A DNA stretch of 64,000 nucleotides from Candidatus Woesearchaeota archaeon (lineage in GTDB: Archaea > Nanobdellota > Nanobdellia > Woesearchaeales > 0-14-0-80-44-23): contig JAVZCZ010000001.1 in assembly GCA_038874135.1 (NCBI GenBank), positions 751,219-815,218 on the forward strand, written 5' to 3'. The notes below the pieces were generated by a model. It saw only the letters and a program-made list of their open reading frames with translations. It was not told where the DNA came from and did not search any database. This document shows, one piece after another, positions 1 to 9,100 of the stretch. The position numbers were made by a program, and so were the translations under genes. Each line of letters opens with the position of its first letter. Positions within the stretch are counted from its first letter, which is position 1.

Positions 1-3000
1 TGCTCATACTCTTCTAACTACTTGGAAGTGCAGTGCTCAGATGAGCAAGCCTATGGCAATGCCTCTACATATTTTTACATATTTGAACTTCCATCCGTGA
101 ATACTTACGAACCGAACGATTCTGCAATAATAAACTCTTCCTCATTCCAATTTGAATATGAAATTCTGCCAGAATCGTCAGCATACTTAGTTAAAAACTG
201 CGCCCTTATATTAGATGGAACTTCCTGTAACTCTACTGATTTACCTCACAATGGAACAAACAGCATAAGCTGCCCGTTCAGTGAAGGATCTCACACTTGG
301 AAGGTGCTCTGCACACTCATAGGCTCAGGCCAGGAAACTATTGAAAGTCAAGAAAGAGGATTCTTTGCAGATTATAGTCCTCCAAATATAAACCTAATTA
401 ATCCAAACCAGCCCGCTTACAATTCAGATGTTCCCATTGAATTTAACATTACAGACTCTGCCTCTTCATCATTCAATTGCACAATATCCGGCATTCCAGC
501 ACCATTCAATCTCAGCTCACTTGTTTCCTACTCTTCTAAGCTTAACCTTCCAGTAGGAAAATATAATCTAACGATTTCCTGCTCAGATGCTGCTGGAAAT
601 TCTGCATATACTTGGCAAGAATTTGAACGAATAAATCTTTCAGTTTCAACTGACAAAAAATATTATATTCCTATGGAAAATGTGTTTATAACGCTGAACG
701 CTCCTCCTTCCCAAACAAATATCTCAGTTTCAAAAGGCAATTTCACACTGTCCAAAACAACAACTCCACCATATCCAATAGTCTACATCTTCACATCCTC
801 AAACGAGCCTGGAGATTACCTGGTGCAGGCATTTACAACATATAACAACATAACATTCACTGCCAACACCTCATTCTCAGTCAATATAACTAGAAACCTT
901 ACACTTTCAATATCAGCTAACACCACAACAGCTGAGCCCGGAGTAAGAATCCTATTCTATTCTAATGTTTCAGGAAACCTCACTCCTGTTACATACTTGT
1001 GGGACTTTAATAATGATAACCTTCCCGAAAGCAGCCTTCCAAATACCGAATACTCTTTCTCACAGCCTGGAAGATACCTCGTAACTTTAAAAGTGAACGA
1101 CTCATATTCCTCCGCCTCAGCTTCAATAAATATAACAGTGCTCTCCAGAGCAAATTTGAGCATTACAGTTCTTAACAGGCTTGGAGAACCTCTCGCTGGA
1201 GCAAACATCACGCTAGGCAACACATCTGCCATAACCAACTCCTCTGGAGCAGCAGTCATGCAGAATCTGCTTCAAGGCACATACCCTATAAATGTAACAG
1301 CCACAAATTACAATTCGTATTTCAACACAGTGGACATTTCCTCTAACAAAAACATAACAATATATCTACAAGAGCTCACAGAAGAGCCGGAAATCCTAAT
1401 AACAGAACCAACAGATGGTGCTACAATAACATCCCTTCCAATTACAATAAGGTTCAAAGCAAATTTATCATATCCTACAAACTGCACACTATACAAAAAT
1501 GAACAACAATCCTGGTGGGAACAGCTTTCTCAGATGGCTGTTACAAACAACACTGAAAATACCTTGTCAGTAGCCAATCTCACGGACGGGCAAGTTCTTC
1601 TAAGAATCGTATGCACAGATGTATTCGGAAACAGTGGCACCCAACAGATTTCCCTTAACATCAGCACACTACCAAAAGAGCCGCAATATCCAGAACTAGA
1701 CCAGGCAGAAGAAGAGCTCTACACAAAACAGGAATACTACAACAGCATAGGACCAGCACAGCTTGAAGCAGCTCAACTATTAGGTATACCTGATATGCTC
1801 TCAGATGCTCAGAACCGATTAACACTCGCCAGGAGGGATCTCTCAGACCTCTCATATTCAAAAAAGAGCCCGGAGGAAAAAGAAGCAAGAAAGAGTGAAA
1901 TAATATCTGACGCCGTTTCACGAATCAATGCAATTCCAGATTCAATACAGGTGCTATCTTCTTATGAACAGATACACTATCCAACTCAGCAAGAGCTGGA
2001 AAAGGTGGCAGCTCCCTTCATCTCAGCTAATTCTCTGAAGATAGACCAGCGGACATTCCTAAGAGCAAACTCTCCACTTATTGAGCTAATAACAATAAAT
2101 ACAAAAGCGTTTTCAATAGTGCTAAATTATAACGGGGAGAGCCGAGAAGTGTCTGTAATAAAGCACTCTGTACAGCTCAGCCAACAGCTTAACGAATCAG
2201 CAATCTCAAACCTGATGTTAATACTCAATATTCCAAAACAGATAGCTGACTCAGCAGCAGGAATCACATTTATGGACAGGTATGGACAAAAAGTAGTCAA
2301 AGATGATCCAATCTTTTCACTTCCTGTTACAAGCGAAATAGTTTACCAAATAAACAAGAGCATTGATGCAAATTCTGCTTCTGAGATATCACTCCTCTTA
2401 GTAAGCAAGAGTGCTTCAGTTTCAATACCAGGCATATCGGGACTGGCAGTTTCACAGACAAGGTATTCCATCTGGCCTTTCAATCTCATTGGAGGAAAAA
2501 TTGGCTCCAGTTTAGCTATTCAAATAGTAATACTTGTAGTGCTTCTTACCATATACTTAGTATACACCCTTCAGCCGGAAATAATAAGCAGATCAGCAGA
2601 TGCACTAGGAAATCATATCAAAAATCTCAGACCTCGCTCGGAAAATAGGATGAAGCAAATAGTCCATGCTGAGAAGTCAATTCCCACAACACTACAGAAC
2701 AATTTAGCTAGCATGCCGCAGCAACAAACATACTCACCCATTCAACAACAAGTAGTTCCCATAGGGCCTGGAATGCAGCATTCTTACATTGCTTACAGAA
2801 TGCAACGGGCTCTTCAGTTGGCAGAGCAGAACAACTATGAGGAAGCTTCAGCCGCATATTATGAATTAAAATTCCTTTATAACACGCTCAGCTCTCACGA
2901 AAAATCCCTACTTTATCCGCAATTATTAAACCTGGGACACAAGCTTAACATTTCCTATATCAGACAGTTAGTTTCAGAAGCAAAGTTAAAGGTTAATTCA

Positions 3001-3222
3001 GACTACCAAGAAGCCCTTGAACTTTATGATAAGATCTCCAAGGCATACTCACTGCTCCCTACAGAGTTCAAGTATGCAGTGTTCTCTGAATGTCTTGAGC
3101 TTCTAAACATTCTTGAAAGGGCAAGAAAAAACCAGAACAACTCTGAAAATCAAGCAGTAACCTTCAAAAAGAAAAAAAAGAGGTGCAGGTCAAAATCACA
3201 CGCCAAGGCGAGAAGGGCATAA
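1..3222 (+). CDS. 5'-partial bitopic surface glycoprotein: Ig-like/beta-sandwich ectodomain with many N-x-S/T sequons, one TM helix (LAIQIVILVVLLTIYLVYTL), Gln-rich/TPR-like cytoplasmic tail
   Basis: The frame is open from window base 1; the track's TTG 'start' at 22 is not a real start. It has NCxL..G...W.V.C.D repeats of the same family as the giant proteins downstream, a single hydrophobic helix near aa 835, and then no sequons. Its stop overlaps the next gene. Confidence 0.8.
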   Translation, partial: CSYSSNYLEVQCSDEQAYGNASTYFYIFELPSVNTYEPNDSAIINSSSFQFEYEILPESSAYLVKNCALILDGTSCNSTDLPHNGTNSISCPFSEGSHTWKVLCTLIGSGQETIESQERGFFADYSPPNINLINPNQPAYNSDVPIEFNITDSASSSFNCTISGIPAPFNLSSLVSYSSKLNLPVGKYNLTISCSDAAGNSAYTWQEFERINLSVSTDKKYYIPMENVFITLNAPPSQTNISVSKGNFTLSKTTTPPYPIVYIFTSSNEPGDYLVQAFTTYNNITFTANTSFSVNITRNLTLSISANTTTAEPGVRILFYSNVSGNLTPVTYLWDFNNDNLPESSLPNTEYSFSQPGRYLVTLKVNDSYSSASASINITVLSRANLSITVLNRLGEPLAGANITLGNTSAITNSSGAAVMQNLLQGTYPINVTATNYNSYFNTVDISSNKNITIYLQELTEEPEILITEPTDGATITSLPITIRFKANLSYPTNCTLYKNEQQSWWEQLSQMAVTNNTENTLSVANLTDGQVLLRIVCTDVFGNSGTQQISLNISTLPKEPQYPELDQAEEELYTKQEYYNSIGPAQLEAAQLLGIPDMLSDAQNRLTLARRDLSDLSYSKKSPEEKEARKSEIISDAVSRINAIPDSIQVLSSYEQIHYPTQQELEKVAAPFISANSLKIDQRTFLRANSPLIELITINTKAFSIVLNYNGESREVSVIKHSVQLSQQLNESAISNLMLILNIPKQIADSAAGITFMDRYGQKVVKDDPIFSLPVTSEIVYQINKSIDANSASEISLLLVSKSASVSIPGISGLAVSQTRYSIWPFNLIGGKIGSSLAIQIVILVVLLTIYLVYTLQPEIISRSADALGNHIKNLRPRSENRMKQIVHAEKSIPTTLQNNLASMPQQQTYSPIQQQVVPIGPGMQHSYIAYRMQRALQLAEQNNYEEASAAYYELKFLYNTLSSHEKSLLYPQLLNLGHKLNISYIRQLVSEAKLKVNSDYQEALELYDKISKAYSLLPTEFKYAVFSECLELLNILERARKNQNNSENQAVTFKKKKKRCRSKSHAKARRA

Positions 3223-5564
3223 TTTGTGCTCTGCTTTTAGGAATTGTAACTATAATCTTAGGTAGTTATGCCTGCGCTTTGGAATTTTCACCATCTTCAA
3301 TTAACGAAGTGCTTTCTATTAACAAGTTTGTTCAGAAAAACATAACTTTGAAGAATGAACTCTCCTATCCGGTAAGGATTGCTCTGGTGCCCTCTTCTAA
3401 CATTAGCGATTTATTAGACATCACTCCAAATTCTATTGAAATCGGGGCAAGAGAGTCAAAGAATGTTCTGGTTACAATATACGGAAATGTTGATCCTATA
3501 AAATTTATTAATCGCTCGTATTACATCTTTAATGGCTTCATAAAGCTTGAAGGAGCTAACGCTCAAATACCTACGGACTTGATGGTCACTAATGGAACAA
3601 TAAACCTGCCCAGCAGCATGGTGCTTTCAGCATCGGCAGGTAAGGATTATTTCACTAAATCAGAAAATCTCTCTTTTATAATTGTTGTAACGAATCTTAT
3701 GACAGGCTCAAAACCAAATGTTACTCTTTTCTATTATTTCCTAATTGATAAAAACTCAGAAATTCCCGTTGGGAACGATTCCTTCATAATTACTACTTCA
3801 AAATCAGTTGTAAAGGAATTCATACCAATGTCTTCAATACCTGATGGCACCTATACTTTCAGGGTTGTAATGTCTTATGCAGATAAGAAGAGTGTTGCTG
3901 ATGTGCCCTTCAGGATATCAACCCCATTTATATTCAGAACATTCTTAGGTATAGCTGTATGGCAGTATATACTCGGAGTGATTGCCTTAATAATAATTGG
4001 CTTGTTAGTATACTGGCGAAGGAAGCGTGTTTTGGCTTCTCGTCGTTATGGTGTGAGTGTGGATTTGCGTAGTTTTCCTTCTTCTGGTAGGCTTGTGCGT
4101 TTGGGTAAGTTGGCGGAGTATGGGCGTGATTTTTGGTTTGATTTGGATGGTTTGACTACGCATTGTATTGTGGCTGGTGCTACTGGTGGTGGTAAGACTG
4201 TTGCTGCTCAGGTTTTGGTGGAGGAGGCTTTGAAGGCTGGTGTGGCTGTGGTTGTTTTTGATCCTACGGCTCAGTGGAGTGGTTTTTTGAGGCCTTGTTC
4301 TGATAAGGGTATGTTGTCTTTGTATTCGGGTTTTGGGTTGCGTCGTTCTGATGCTCGGGGTTTTCCGGGTAATGTGAGGCAGGTGTTGGATGCTCGTGAG
4401 GTTTTTGATGTTAGGCGTTTTATGCGTCCTGGTGAGATTGAGATTTTGAGTTTGAATAGGTTGAGGCCTGAGGAGATTGATGTTTTTGTGGCTAATACTG
4501 TTAGGAGCGTGTTTGATGCGGGTTTGGATGAGTGTCGTGAGTTGAGGTTGTTGTTGGTTTATGATGAGGTGCATAGGTTGTTGCCGCGTTTTGGCGGTTC
4601 TGGTGAGGGTTTTGTGCAGATTGAGAGGGCTTGTCGTGAGTTTAGGAAGTGGGGTGTTGGTGTTGTTTTGATTAGTCAGGTTTTGTCTGATTTTGTTGGT
4701 GAGATTAAGGCTAATATTAATACTGAGGTTCAGATGAGGACTCGTGATGAGGGCGATTTGGAGCGTATTCGTGTTAAGTATGGTGATGCTTATCTTAGGG
4801 GTCTTGTGAGGGCTAGTGTGGGTACTGGTATGTTTGAGAATCCCGGTTATAATGGTGGTCGTCCTTTTTTTGTTAGTTTTAGGCCTTTGTTGCATAGTGT
4901 GGTTCGTTTGTCTGATGCCGAGTTGGGTGAGTATAATAGGTTGAATGGGGTGTTGGATGATTTGGAGTTTTGGATTGGCGAGTTGGAGCGTTTGGGTGTG
5001 GACGTGTTTGATTTGAGGTTGGAGTTGAAGTTGGCTTGGGATAAGTTGAGGGTTGGGGGGTTTGGGATGGTGGATGTTTATGTTGAGGGTTTGAGGCCTC
5101 GCGTGTTGGGCGAGTTTGAGCGTTTGGGGAGGCCTGTTCCTAAGCGTGAGGTTAAACGCCTTTCAGATGAGGAGCTTGCAAAGCAGAGGAAGCTGGCTGA
5201 GCAGAGCCGTGCAGAGTTTATAAAAAAGATGGGCATTAAAGAGCAGCAGTCCAAGCAGGAGGAAAAGAAGGAAGAACACATCGTGCAGCCTTACACTTTT
5301 GATAATGGTGCAATGGTTTCGGAGCTTAAGGAGTTGAAAGACGCTATAGAACCTATGAGTGCTGACATCCTCAGAAGCGCGTTGAGTGGAAACAATAAGC
5401 TTTCTGATTGGATAAAGAATGAGCTTAAGAATGAGCAGCTTGCCTCTGAAATTGAGAAGGCGAAGACGAAAAAGGAGATTCTTGATGCAATAACTGCTGA
5501 ACTTGATAAAGCAGAAAAGAGCAGTGAGAAATCTGGAACTGATAAAGGCCAAAAGTCTAAGTAG
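3183..5564 (+). CDS. Receptor-ATPase 1: signal/anchor, ~250-aa glycosylated ectodomain (two beta-sandwich domains), TM helix, cytoplasmic HerA/FtsK-superfamily (DUF87-like) P-loop ATPase, C-terminal adaptor domain
   Basis: GTG start with K/R n-region then a hydrophobic stretch. Sequons occur only before the TM helix (GIAVWQYILGVIALIIIGLLVYW). Walker A is AGATGGGKT, Walker B is LLLVYDEVHRL, and VVLISQ is a sensor-like block. The C-terminal ~65 aa match the HVNFERND-type domain of ORFs 26656..27150 and 35335..37869. Confidence 0.85.
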   Translation: MQVKITRQGEKGIICALLLGIVTIILGSYACALEFSPSSINEVLSINKFVQKNITLKNELSYPVRIALVPSSNISDLLDITPNSIEIGARESKNVLVTIYGNVDPIKFINRSYYIFNGFIKLEGANAQIPTDLMVTNGTINLPSSMVLSASAGKDYFTKSENLSFIIVVTNLMTGSKPNVTLFYYFLIDKNSEIPVGNDSFIITTSKSVVKEFIPMSSIPDGTYTFRVVMSYADKKSVADVPFRISTPFIFRTFLGIAVWQYILGVIALIIIGLLVYWRRKRVLASRRYGVSVDLRSFPSSGRLVRLGKLAEYGRDFWFDLDGLTTHCIVAGATGGGKTVAAQVLVEEALKAGVAVVVFDPTAQWSGFLRPCSDKGMLSLYSGFGLRRSDARGFPGNVRQVLDAREVFDVRRFMRPGEIEILSLNRLRPEEIDVFVANTVRSVFDAGLDECRELRLLLVYDEVHRLLPRFGGSGEGFVQIERACREFRKWGVGVVLISQVLSDFVGEIKANINTEVQMRTRDEGDLERIRVKYGDAYLRGLVRASVGTGMFENPGYNGGRPFFVSFRPLLHSVVRLSDAELGEYNRLNGVLDDLEFWIGELERLGVDVFDLRLELKLAWDKLRVGGFGMVDVYVEGLRPRVLGEFERLGRPVPKREVKRLSDEELAKQRKLAEQSRAEFIKKMGIKEQQSKQEEKKEEHIVQPYTFDNGAMVSELKELKDAIEPMSADILRSALSGNNKLSDWIKNELKNEQLASEIEKAKTKKEILDAITAELDKAEKSSEKSGTDKGQKSK
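4021..5176 (+). repeat. Copy 1 of an exactly duplicated 1156-bp cassette encoding the complete cytoplasmic HerA/FtsK-like ATPase module
   Basis: It is identical to 8201-9356 at a constant offset of 4180. The embedded antisense ORFs 4005..4895 and 8191..9075 translate identically. Identity begins immediately after the TM helix codons and ends at ...KRLSDEEL. Confidence 0.9.
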
Positions 5565-5740
5565 ATTTCTTATACCTTAACCAACAATGTGGTATTTATA
5601 AACTTAGATTACTTAGTATGCATTTATACACATACACTATTTGTGTCACATTTAAAAATTAGTATATAAAATGAAAATATTTATATATCAATATACATAT
5701 TTAGTATGAGTTTGTATTCAAAGACCTTGAAAAGGCTTTT
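5565..5740 (+). promoter_or_regulatory. AT-rich intergenic promoter/operator region upstream of the RHH pair
   Basis: A TATA-like AAAATTAGTATATAAA lies near 5655-5670. TTAGTATG/TAGTATA motifs recur three times (about 5620, 5655, 5701). This is the only sizeable non-coding gap inside the 26-kb gene string. Confidence 0.45.
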
Positions 5741-5752
5741 TTGGGACCCGAA

Positions 5753-5941
5753 ATGCGCAGTACGCCTGAGAAGCATGGCTCAAAGAGAATAACCATAACC
5801 ATAAGCAAGGACCTTTTAGACTTCTTAGATTTAGCTGTGGAGAACAGGCTGTTCGCAAGCAGAAGTCATGCACTTGAAGTCTTAGTAAGGCGCAGGATGG
5901 AGTTTGAGAATGAAGCAAAGAATTACAATTACATTGGATAG
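5753..5941 (+). CDS. Ribbon-helix-helix (CopG/Arc/MetJ-like) DNA-binding protein; alternative TTG start at 5741
   Basis: KRITITISKDLLDFLDLAVENRLFASRSHALEVLVRR is a beta-strand of alternating hydrophobics followed by two helices, the classic RHH layout. An AT-rich promoter-like region lies upstream. Confidence 0.65.
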   Translation: MRSTPEKHGSKRITITISKDLLDFLDLAVENRLFASRSHALEVLVRRRMEFENEAKNYNYIG

Positions 5942-6101
5942 TGAATGCCTGGCATGGGTTGATGAAAAGGTAAAGAATAGAAGCTTTGCTAATCGGAGCC
6001 ACGGCTTTGAATTTTTAATAGCGCGATTCAAGGAGCGCCAAGAACTTCAGAATCTTCTCAACTCGCGAAATTCAAAGGAGGAAGACTTAAAACATGAATA
6101 A
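5910..6101 (+). CDS. Second ribbon-helix-helix protein, tandem paralog of the previous one; ATG at 5910 preferred over the track's TTG at 5904
   Basis: QRITITLDSECLAWVDEKVKNRSFANRSHGFEFLIARF matches the RHH pattern. It overlaps the upstream RHH gene by ~32 nt, and its stop overlaps the ATG of the downstream ATPase gene (ATGAATAA). Confidence 0.65.
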   Translation: MKQRITITLDSECLAWVDEKVKNRSFANRSHGFEFLIARFKERQELQNLLNSRNSKEEDLKHE

Positions 6102-9100
6102 AAATCCTACCTTCAGGATACTGGAACGGGACAGGCAGCTGGAAAGGAGAAGACAGCAGCTGTACATCCTATTAGGCATCTTAGGAGTTTTACTAGCAGT
6201 TGGTGTTATACTTCTGATAAGAATGTTCATAGGATACGCAGTTCTGGAAAGCAGGGCTGGCACAATAACACAACTTAATATACAGCTCAGATACTCAACA
6301 CACATATGGGCTGGATTTTACGGATTGGCATTCCGCGTTCCCGGATACACTGAGCAGCAGTCTGCAGTTGCAGTCGGCGGCACAGTCTTCTTGCAGCACT
6401 TAGTATTTGACTGCTTAAAAACTACAGACGGCAACATTCCTGAGGTATATGCCAGTACTTCAAGAAACATTGACTGGAATTCACTCCAGCCAGCAACTCC
6501 AGACTTGATTGACAGCTACCTACAAGTAGATCCTTCAGATATAACCTCTGCTTCAAACACATTTACAGAAACAATGTCAATACTCTTAGGAGACAGAGAA
6601 ATCACAAATATTGCTGCAACGCACACCAAAAAGTTCGGAGTTCCGGACAGCACGGACTTTGATATAGGCTTCTTAAAAGATTCGTTGGGAAATCTCGTAT
6701 TTGTAACCCATGTAACTCCAACTTATACCAAAGGATTTAACAACCAAACTATAAACTACCAAATGCTCCTTCCAGTACAAGCAGGAACAGCTCCAGTATA
6801 CTACTTCTTCTCAGACCCATATGACGAGTGCCAAGCAGGGCTTGAAGCTCTCAAAAATGCTACCATATTCGGAAGAGCCATAGACAATGCAACAGGCCTT
6901 CCACTTGAAAATGTTACAGTTAATCTTCATACTGCTACAGTTCTTACCAACTCTACAGGAGACTATTACATAGCAATATTTAACGGCACCTACACCCTAG
7001 TAGCTTTCAAGCCGGGATATTACACCTTTGTTGCAACAAACATCACTCTCCCAGCTGACAATCTGTCTACACCTCAATCTGAAAATATTGTCGAATTTAA
7101 TATATCCCTCATTCCCAACCCTGGAAACCCAACTGGACTCGGAAACCTAACTGGCACTGTAACTGATAAAGACTTCGGAATACCCCTCTATAATGTAACA
7201 GTGTATGTAAACGGCAGAATCGCTAAGACAAACATTACAGGCCAATACCTACTTGAACTGCCAGCAGGAAATCATTCTCTTATAGCAATGAAGGAAAACT
7301 ACAGAACATACTACACTCCAAATGTAACTATACTGCCTGGAAACACCACTGAATTTAATTTCAGTATGGAATATGCAGAGCCAGAAATAAAAGAAACTCC
7401 TGGATATCCGCTAAATACCTTCGTTTCCAACCTACTCAAACAGGCAGTGCAGAGGCCTCAAATAATACTCACTCATAAGATTGATACAAAAGAGATATTT
7501 GAAACATTAAAAGTTGGCTCATATGTCCAGCGCTCATTCAATATAACGAGTTACAGGCCTGCCGAGTCCAAAGTTGAGTTTGAAGTCATAGGAAGTGCTG
7601 CACAGCTGGTAAAGGTTGACAAGAGCAGCTCAATAATACCTCCAAGGGGTGCAGAAAACTTCACCCTTACAATTCTAGCCAATGTGCCTCCAGGCATATA
7701 TACCGGAACATTCCTAATCAAAGGAGACCTTGAAGACAGAATCCCGATAAAGATAGTTGTTTATGAGAAGGATAGACTTCCAATAGAGGCTCTTCTCCTA
7801 GAAGTAGTGCCAATAAAAAAGATAATCAGCCCAGGAGAACTATTTGAATATAAGGTCAGCATGACAAACCTGCTGAGGGACACCCCATACAACATCACCC
7901 TTTCATACAATATCACCTCGCGCTCTTCAAATCTTACTATTCCCGTTGAAGAAGAGACGAGACTCTTGGAAACTCAGCTTTCCTACCTTAAGTATTACAA
8001 GCTTCCCAAAGACCTGCCAGAAGGAGAATACTTCCTTGAAACTAGAGCGGAATTCTTAGAACTATCAACAAACACAAAATCGCTATTCATAGTTAAGAAG
8101 CCAATTTACATGTATGCATTATTCGGAATACTTCCCCTCTGGCAGCTTTTCATAATAATAGTTTTCACCTCCCTCATGACCTTCGCAGGATTAATGTATC
8201 GGAAGCGTGTTTTGGCTTCTCGTCGTTATGGTGTGAGTGTGGATTTGCGTAGTTTTCCTTCTTCTGGTAGGCTTGTGCGTTTGGGTAAGTTGGCGGAGTA
8301 TGGGCGTGATTTTTGGTTTGATTTGGATGGTTTGACTACGCATTGTATTGTGGCTGGTGCTACTGGTGGTGGTAAGACTGTTGCTGCTCAGGTTTTGGTG
8401 GAGGAGGCTTTGAAGGCTGGTGTGGCTGTGGTTGTTTTTGATCCTACGGCTCAGTGGAGTGGTTTTTTGAGGCCTTGTTCTGATAAGGGTATGTTGTCTT
8501 TGTATTCGGGTTTTGGGTTGCGTCGTTCTGATGCTCGGGGTTTTCCGGGTAATGTGAGGCAGGTGTTGGATGCTCGTGAGGTTTTTGATGTTAGGCGTTT
8601 TATGCGTCCTGGTGAGATTGAGATTTTGAGTTTGAATAGGTTGAGGCCTGAGGAGATTGATGTTTTTGTGGCTAATACTGTTAGGAGCGTGTTTGATGCG
8701 GGTTTGGATGAGTGTCGTGAGTTGAGGTTGTTGTTGGTTTATGATGAGGTGCATAGGTTGTTGCCGCGTTTTGGCGGTTCTGGTGAGGGTTTTGTGCAGA
8801 TTGAGAGGGCTTGTCGTGAGTTTAGGAAGTGGGGTGTTGGTGTTGTTTTGATTAGTCAGGTTTTGTCTGATTTTGTTGGTGAGATTAAGGCTAATATTAA
8901 TACTGAGGTTCAGATGAGGACTCGTGATGAGGGCGATTTGGAGCGTATTCGTGTTAAGTATGGTGATGCTTATCTTAGGGGTCTTGTGAGGGCTAGTGTG
9001 GGTACTGGTATGTTTGAGAATCCCGGTTATAATGGTGGTCGTCCTTTTTTTGTTAGTTTTAGGCCTTTGTTGCATAGTGTGGTTCGTTTGTCTGATGCCG

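Noticed and set aside
957-1921. Minus-strand ORFs (957..1259, 1308..1496, 1661..1921) inside the first glycoprotein gene, and similar short antisense or alternative-frame ORFs inside other long genes (for example 11907..12233, 24111..24533, 25416..26318, 36080..36620, 43158..43457, 54129..55660)
   Set aside because: They are embedded in strongly supported long CDSs on the other strand or frame. They have no motifs and read as reverse-frame translations of the true genes.
4005-4895. 296-aa antisense ORF (also 8191..9075) rich in Thr/Lys/Asn/Pro/Gln
   Set aside because: It lies entirely within the G+T-skewed ATPase cassette. Its A+C-rich antisense strand simply lacks stop codons. The product is low-complexity and both copies are identical by construction. 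It is an artefact of compositional skew, not a gene.
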